A DNA stretch of 64,000 nt, taken from positions 581 to 64,580 of the forward strand of contig JBNKJW010000075.1 in assembly GCA_050291445.1 (NCBI GenBank), given 5' to 3'. The translations under genes and the position numbers were made by a program. The number at the start of each line of letters is the position of its first letter. Positions within the stretch are counted from its first letter, which is position 1. Below the pieces are notes generated by a model that saw nothing but the letters and a program-made list of their open reading frames with translations, had not been told where the DNA came from and did not search any database. Shown piece by piece: positions 58,935 to 64,000 of this stretch. This stretch comes from Bacteroidales bacterium (GTDB taxonomy: Bacteria; Bacteroidota; Bacteroidia; Bacteroidales; NBLH01).

Positions 58935-60542
58935 CTATTTGTTATATTCTAAGAAAAAATCGTTGCCTTTATCATCGCAAATAATGAAAGCAGGAAAGTC
59001 TTTCACTGTTATCTTGCGCACAGCCTCCATTCCAAGCTCTTCAAAATCAACAACTTCAACCGATTTAATACTGTTTTTTGCTAAAATTGCAGCCGGTCCA
59101 CCAATTGACCCCAAATAAAATCCACCATTAGCAGCGCACGCCTCACGAACCTGAGCTGAGCGGTTTCCTTTGGCCAACATTACCATTGAACCACCTGCTT
59201 TTTGAAACAAATCAACGTAGGAGTCCATTCTACCAGCAGTAGTTGGCCCAAACGAACCTGAAGCCATTCCTTCTGGTGTTTTAGCCGGTCCTGCATAATA
59301 AACAGGGTGATTTTTAAAATACTCGGGCATTGGTTTGCCTTCGTCCAACAATTTTTTGATTCTGGCATGGGCAATATCCCTGGCTACGATAAGTGTTCCA
59401 CTTAAATTTAAACGCGTTTTTACAGGATATTTTGTCAATTCTTTTAAAATATCTTCCATTGGTTGATCCAGATTGATATCTACCGCAGGAGCCATCTCCA
59501 ACTCAGCCTCGGGCAAGTATTTCGAAGGATTTTTCTCTAATTGCTCCAGGAAAATACCTTCTTCAGTAATTTTTGCTTTGATATTTCTGTCGGCGCTACA
59601 ACTTACGCCAAAGCCTACCGCACAAGATGCTGCATGACGAGGCAAGCGAATCACGCGAATATCATGGGCAAAGGCTTTTCCTCCAAATTGTGCACCTACA
59701 CCGTATTCTTCAGTGATTTTTTTAATCCTTGCCTCCCATTCCAAATCGCGAAAAGCAACACCACCTTCGTTACCCTGGGTTGGAAGATTATCTAAATACT
59801 TAGCCGAAGCCAGTTTTACGGTCTTCATATTTGTATCCACCTGTCCACCAACGACTATTGCAATGTGGTAAGGAGGACATGCCGAAGTACCAAAATCCTT
59901 AATTTTTGCTTTAATAAACTGCTCAAACTTTTCTTCGTTTAGCAAGGATTTTGTTTCCTGGTAAAGAAATGTTTTGTTGGCAGAACCTCCTCCTTTAGTG
60001 ATGAAAAGCAATTCGTATTCGTTTCCTTTATCAGCCATAATATCAATTTGGGCTGGAAGATTATTGGCCGAATTTTTTTCTTCGAACATGCTGGTAGGAA
60101 CTACTTGCGAATATCGAAGGTTTTTGTCCTGGTAAGTTTGCCAAATACCTTTTGAAAGGGCTTCAGCATCATCGGCATTGGTCCAAACGCCTTCACCCTT
60201 TTTAGCAATAACTATGGCAGTACCTGTATCCTGACAGGTTGGTAATTCGCCCTCAGCAGCAACAACCTGGTTTCTCAGCATGGTATCAGCCACAAAGCGG
60301 TCATTGTCAGACGATTCAGCGCTTTTCACAATATCTGAAAGGCTTTGCAAGTGGTCTGGTCGCAAGAAGAAAGATACATCGGCAATAGCTTCTTTAGCAA
60401 GTAATTCCAGACCTTTAGGATCAACCTTTAGGATTTTTCTGCCTTCTACCTCAATAGTGGAGACATAATCTTTTGTTAAAAGGCGATATTGGGTATTATC
60501 CTCACCTTTTGGAAACATTTTTTGGTACTTAAATTCTGACAT
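58935..60542 (-). CDS. Class I (Fe-S) fumarate hydratase
   Basis: [68 protein letters not shown]. Confidence 0.96.
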   Translation of the reverse strand: MSEFKYQKMFPKGEDNTQYRLLTKDYVSTIEVEGRKILKVDPKGLELLAKEAIADVSFFLRPDHLQSLSDIVKSAESSDNDRFVADTMLRNQVVAAEGELPTCQDTGTAIVIAKKGEGVWTNADDAEALSKGIWQTYQDKNLRYSQVVPTSMFEEKNSANNLPAQIDIMADKGNEYELLFITKGGGSANKTFLYQETKSLLNEEKFEQFIKAKIKDFGTSACPPYHIAIVVGGQVDTNMKTVKLASAKYLDNLPTQGNEGGVAFRDLEWEARIKKITEEYGVGAQFGGKAFAHDIRVIRLPRHAASCAVGFGVSCSADRNIKAKITEEGIFLEQLEKNPSKYLPEAELEMAPAVDINLDQPMEDILKELTKYPVKTRLNLSGTLIVARDIAHARIKKLLDEGKPMPEYFKNHPVYYAGPAKTPEGMASGSFGPTTAGRMDSYVDLFQKAGGSMVMLAKGNRSAQVREACAANGGFYLGSIGGPAAILAKNSIKSVEVVDFEELGMEAVRKITVKDFPAFIICDDKGNDFFLEYNK

Positions 60543-61130
60543 TTTTATAGGATTTAAAATATGTATTTCTTTTTTCTGAATATACCATTGATCTAGACTA
60601 CAATCAAAAATGTGACTTCGACAGGCTCAAACACCAAATATAATGCTAAGGCATAAGTCAATTCTGTGCCTGTCTGAAATTGTCAAGCAAAATTAATCAA
60701 TCCTGTGGCATTTGGAAATAAATAAACTGGAAAAGATACACTGATTTAACCGATAATTAAGTTTTATTAAGATCTTAATCTATCATAATGAATCTGTGTA
60801 CGATAAACAGATTTAGTAATCTTTTAAGGATTATCTTACTAAAATGGCAAGGCTCTACCTTCATAATTGAGCCTTCGTCCTTTTTCTATTGTATTGCTGG
60901 CAATTTGTTTCGTGATACCATTTTCTTTCGAATTCAGACTTCCTTCGGTCGCCATAGGCTTGCCGAAGGCGATGCTAGCTTTTAGCCCTGCCCTTTCGCC
61001 AATTTTAAAATCTACTGGTATACGAACGACGAATCAATACTATTTTTAATAATAAATCAGATTATTTTTTCAAGAATATATAGAAGACTAGAATATCACA
61101 ATCATGCTAATAGAAATCAAAAAATATATT

Positions 61131-61138
61131 TATATTTG
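61131..61138 (+). promoter_or_regulatory. Bacteroidota -7 box for the ammonia-lyase operon
   Basis: TATATTTG 47 nt upstream of GTG 61186. Confidence 0.65.
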
Positions 61139-61185
61139 CAGCCTCTACAAGTATTAGGTAACCCTTTAAAATCAGATATCTGCGC

Positions 61186-62736
61186 GTGATAAGATTAAAT
61201 CAAACGGAAGATTTAAGCATTGAAAATGTAAGACAAGTTGTACTTGAAAACAAGCGTATTGAAATAGACAGGAAAACTTATGATCATTTAGAAAAAAGTT
61301 TAGCGTTTCTTCTGAAATTTTCTAAGGACAAAGTCATTTACGGAATCAATACTGGTTTAGGCCCAATGGCACAGTACAAAATTGATGATGACAAATTGCA
61401 CGATCTACAATACAATCTTATTAGAAGTCATGCAGCAGGAGCTGGTGAAAAATTACCAGATGAATATGTTAAAGTAGCCATGCTTGTTAGATTAAGGGCA
61501 ATCATTCAAGGTTTTTCCGGAATTGATCCTTCATGTATTACTTTGTTACAAGAATTAATAAATAATAATGTATTCCCATTTATCCCTGAGCATGGTGGGG
61601 TTGGCGCAAGTGGCGATCTTGTCCAGCTATCGCATTTAGCTTTGGTTCTTATTGGTGAAGGTAAAGTAAGCTATAAAGGCAAATTAACGGAAACGTCGAA
61701 AGTATTTAATGAACTTAACTTAAAACCAATTTCGATTAAGCTAAGAGAAGGATTATCATTAATCAATGGTACATCTGTTATGACAGGAATTGGGGTTTTA
61801 AATGTAATTAAATCGCGTCAATTATTTAATTGGACCTTATTAGCATCTGCATTACTCAACGAAATTGTAGAGTCTTTTGATGATCATTTTTCAATTGAAC
61901 TAAATAAAGTTAAAAAGCACCAAGGCCAGGATTATGTTGCCAGCTTATTACGCAGTATTTTAGCAGACAGCAAAATGATTAGCAGAAGAGAAGAGCATTT
62001 CTTTCATAATCAAGAAAACCAGAGAATTTTTAAGCGAAAAGTTCAGGAGTATTATTCAATTAGATGCCTTCCACAAATCCTTGGGCCGGTTATCGACACT
62101 ATTGAACAAACAGCAACAGTAATTGAAAATGAGATGAATTCGGTGAGCGACAATCCGATTGTCGATTTAGATGCCAAAAGCATCTTTCATGGTGGAAACT
62201 TTCATGGTGATTATGTTTCACTTGAAATGGATAAACTTAAGCTTGCTGTTATCAGAATGTCGATGCTATCTGAAAGACAATCGGCTTTTATTTTCAATAA
62301 CAAAGTAAATGAAATTTTGCCTCACTTTGTTAATCTGGGTACTTTAGGTTTAAATTTAGGAATGCAGGGAGTGCAATTTACAGCTACATCTACTACCGCT
62401 GAAAATCAGGCACTTTCAACATCACTGTACGTTCATAGTATCACAACAAATAATGACAACCAGGATATTGTAAGTATGGGAACAAATGCTGCTTTGCTTA
62501 CAAAAAAAGTAATTGAAAACAGCTATCAGGTACTTTCAATTGAACTAATGGCCTTATTGCAAGCAGTTGATTATTTAAAAATACAAAATAAACTATCATC
62601 ATATACTGCAAAATTATATCATGATTTAAGAGAATTGGTGCCAGTATTTGTAGAAGACACACCAAAGTATGAAGAAATTGAAGCAATAAAAAAGTTTATT
62701 TTTAACAAGAATCCATTATTACCAGGTAAAAAATGA
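61186..62736 (+). CDS. Aromatic amino acid ammonia-lyase (HAL/PAL/TAL family), probably tyrosine ammonia-lyase
   Basis: MIO motif GVGASGDL, IYGINTGLGPMAQY, LQYNLIRSH, QEYYSIRCLPQ, NQDIVSMG; from recall, closely resembles Flavobacterium johnsoniae TAL; coupled to fabG. Confidence 0.88.
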   Translation: MIRLNQTEDLSIENVRQVVLENKRIEIDRKTYDHLEKSLAFLLKFSKDKVIYGINTGLGPMAQYKIDDDKLHDLQYNLIRSHAAGAGEKLPDEYVKVAMLVRLRAIIQGFSGIDPSCITLLQELINNNVFPFIPEHGGVGASGDLVQLSHLALVLIGEGKVSYKGKLTETSKVFNELNLKPISIKLREGLSLINGTSVMTGIGVLNVIKSRQLFNWTLLASALLNEIVESFDDHFSIELNKVKKHQGQDYVASLLRSILADSKMISRREEHFFHNQENQRIFKRKVQEYYSIRCLPQILGPVIDTIEQTATVIENEMNSVSDNPIVDLDAKSIFHGGNFHGDYVSLEMDKLKLAVIRMSMLSERQSAFIFNNKVNEILPHFVNLGTLGLNLGMQGVQFTATSTTAENQALSTSLYVHSITTNNDNQDIVSMGTNAALLTKKVIENSYQVLSIELMALLQAVDYLKIQNKLSSYTAKLYHDLRELVPVFVEDTPKYEEIEAIKKFIFNKNPLLPGKK

Positions 62737-63461
62737 AATACGCTCTAGTAACAGGTGGTGCAAGGGGAATAGGAAAAGCAATTTCACTAAAATTAGCACA
62801 AAATGGATATTATATTTTGATAAATTTTCGTTCCAATGTTAATGAAGCCAATGCTACCCTTAACGAAATTAAAGAAAATGGAGGGAATGCAGAATTGCTT
62901 CAATTTGATGTTTCAAATCCAGGGCAAATTGAATCTGTTCTGGGGGGGTGGTTAGAAAATAATCAAGATAAAAATATTGAAGTATTGGTTAATAATGCAG
63001 GAATTACAAAAGATAACCTAATGGTTTTTATGACGGATGAGGAATGGAAAAGTGTCATATCAACTAACCAGGATAGTTTCTTTTATGTAACACGGCAACT
63101 TTTAAAAAGTATGATCGTAAACAAGTATGGGCGAATAATCAATGTTGTTTCATTATCAGGGTTAAAAGGCCATCCTGGGCAGGTAAACTATTCAGCAGCT
63201 AAAGCTGCTGTAATTGCTGCTACAAAATCACTGGCCATGGAAGTTGGCAAGAAAAAAATTACAGTAAATGCTGTAGCACCAGGTTTTATAAAAACTGATA
63301 TGACAGAAAAGCTAAATGAAAAGGAGCTAAAAAAAATGATACCCCTAAACAGGTTTGGAACTGCTGATGAAGTTGCTGAAGTAGTATGTTTTCTTGCGTC
63401 AGCAGGAGCCTCATATATAACGGGGGAAACAATTTCGGTAAATGGAGGAATATATAGTTAA
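62733..63461 (+). CDS. fabG: 3-oxoacyl-ACP reductase
   Basis: VTGGARGIG, LVNNAGI, YSAAK catalytic motif, VNAVAPGFI, NGG; ATGA overlap with the lyase stop. Confidence 0.93.
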   Translation: MKYALVTGGARGIGKAISLKLAQNGYYILINFRSNVNEANATLNEIKENGGNAELLQFDVSNPGQIESVLGGWLENNQDKNIEVLVNNAGITKDNLMVFMTDEEWKSVISTNQDSFFYVTRQLLKSMIVNKYGRIINVVSLSGLKGHPGQVNYSAAKAAVIAATKSLAMEVGKKKITVNAVAPGFIKTDMTEKLNEKELKKMIPLNRFGTADEVAEVVCFLASAGASYITGETISVNGGIYS

Positions 63462-63488
63462 ACCAATTTGTGAGTTAAAATAGAGGTA

Positions 63489-64000
63489 ATGAATAGAGTT
63501 GTAATTTCAGGAATGGGGATTTACTCAACTATTGGTAAAAATATTGAGGAGGTTAAAAATTCTTTATATATAGGTAAATCAGGTATTGGGTGTGACCCAT
63601 TAAGAAAAGAGCTTGGTTTTAGGTCTATGCTCACCGGAATAATTGAAAAACCCAATTTAAAAGGATTATTGCCTCGTAGAATGAGAGTTTCGCTACCAGA
63701 ACAAGCAGAATATTCCTATCTGGCCACAGTTGAAGCCTTTGAAAAAGCAAAAATTGATGCTGATTTTCTTGCCAAGAATGAAGTAGGAATTTTATATGGA
63801 AATGATAGTTCATCAACCCCAGTAATGGAGTCAATTGACATAGTAAGAGAAAAAAAAGACACCACCTTAATTGGTTCCGGGTCCATTTTTAAATCGATGA
63901 ATTCAACAATCACCATGAACCTTTCAGTTATTTTTAAACTCAGAGGTATTAACTTTACTATAAGTGGGGCTTGTGCTAGTAGTTCACATGCCATTGGAAT
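63489..64000 (+). CDS. Beta-ketoacyl-ACP synthase (FabB/FabF-type), 5' part, truncated by the window edge (not in the ORF track)
   Basis: Manual translation MNRVVISGMGIYSTIG...GKSGI...NFTISGACASSSHAIG, including the catalytic Cys motif; no stop before 64000. Confidence 0.93.
   Translation, partial: MNRVVISGMGIYSTIGKNIEEVKNSLYIGKSGIGCDPLRKELGFRSMLTGIIEKPNLKGLLPRRMRVSLPEQAEYSYLATVEAFEKAKIDADFLAKNEVGILYGNDSSSTPVMESIDIVREKKDTTLIGSGSIFKSMNSTITMNLSVIFKLRGINFTISGACASSSHAIG

Noticed and set aside
60788-61049. Two short overlapping ORFs (65 and 60 aa) upstream of the lyase
   Set aside because: No motifs, mutually overlapping, and they run through a CCTTCGG/CCGAAGG hairpin; more likely non-coding or repeat debris.
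1-64000. rRNA, tRNA, tmRNA, intact IS transposase, integrase or prophage genes
   Set aside because: None recognised by eye; a tRNAscan-SE/Infernal run would be needed to exclude small RNAs formally.

Overview
A 64-kb AT-rich bacterial chromosomal window, almost certainly Bacteroidota and probably Bacteroidales-like. This is inferred from recurrent TAnnTTTG -7 promoter boxes, CarboxypepD_reg TonB-dependent receptors, an ECF/FecR/TBDR module and many lipoboxes. Housekeeping genes: recR, a long-chain acyl-CoA ligase, rhomboid, gmhB, a class IV aminotransferase, alaS, an M23 peptidase and a class I fumarase. Accessory genes: a 6-PAS hybrid kinase, YD-repeat, ankyrin, YARHG and MEKHLA proteins, GH105 and a double-length UvrA. 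The window ends in the first genes of a flexirubin/aryl-polyene-type cluster (tyrosine ammonia-lyase-like, FabG, ketosynthase). I saw no rRNA, tRNA, CRISPR array, intact transposase, integrase or reverse transcriptase. Best candidates for undescribed biology: (1) a four-helix-bundle (IVS-protein family) gene outside rRNA, embedded in two tandem arrays of ~75-120 bp hairpin repeats with complementary outer ends (40464-41676); (2) a convergent, internally duplicated envelope locus of a YkuD/YafK-like lipoprotein, two paralogous PQQ-type beta-propellers, two paralogous unknown 'YPFSGPDF' lipoproteins and an APC permease (50459-58697); (3) a REP-like palindrome read in frame in the linker of the double-length UvrA. 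Smaller observations include a predicted ECF promoter motif, a GbsR operator, an inverted motA/LytTR scar and several dispersed repeat families. All calls come from reading motifs by eye; no database searches were run.
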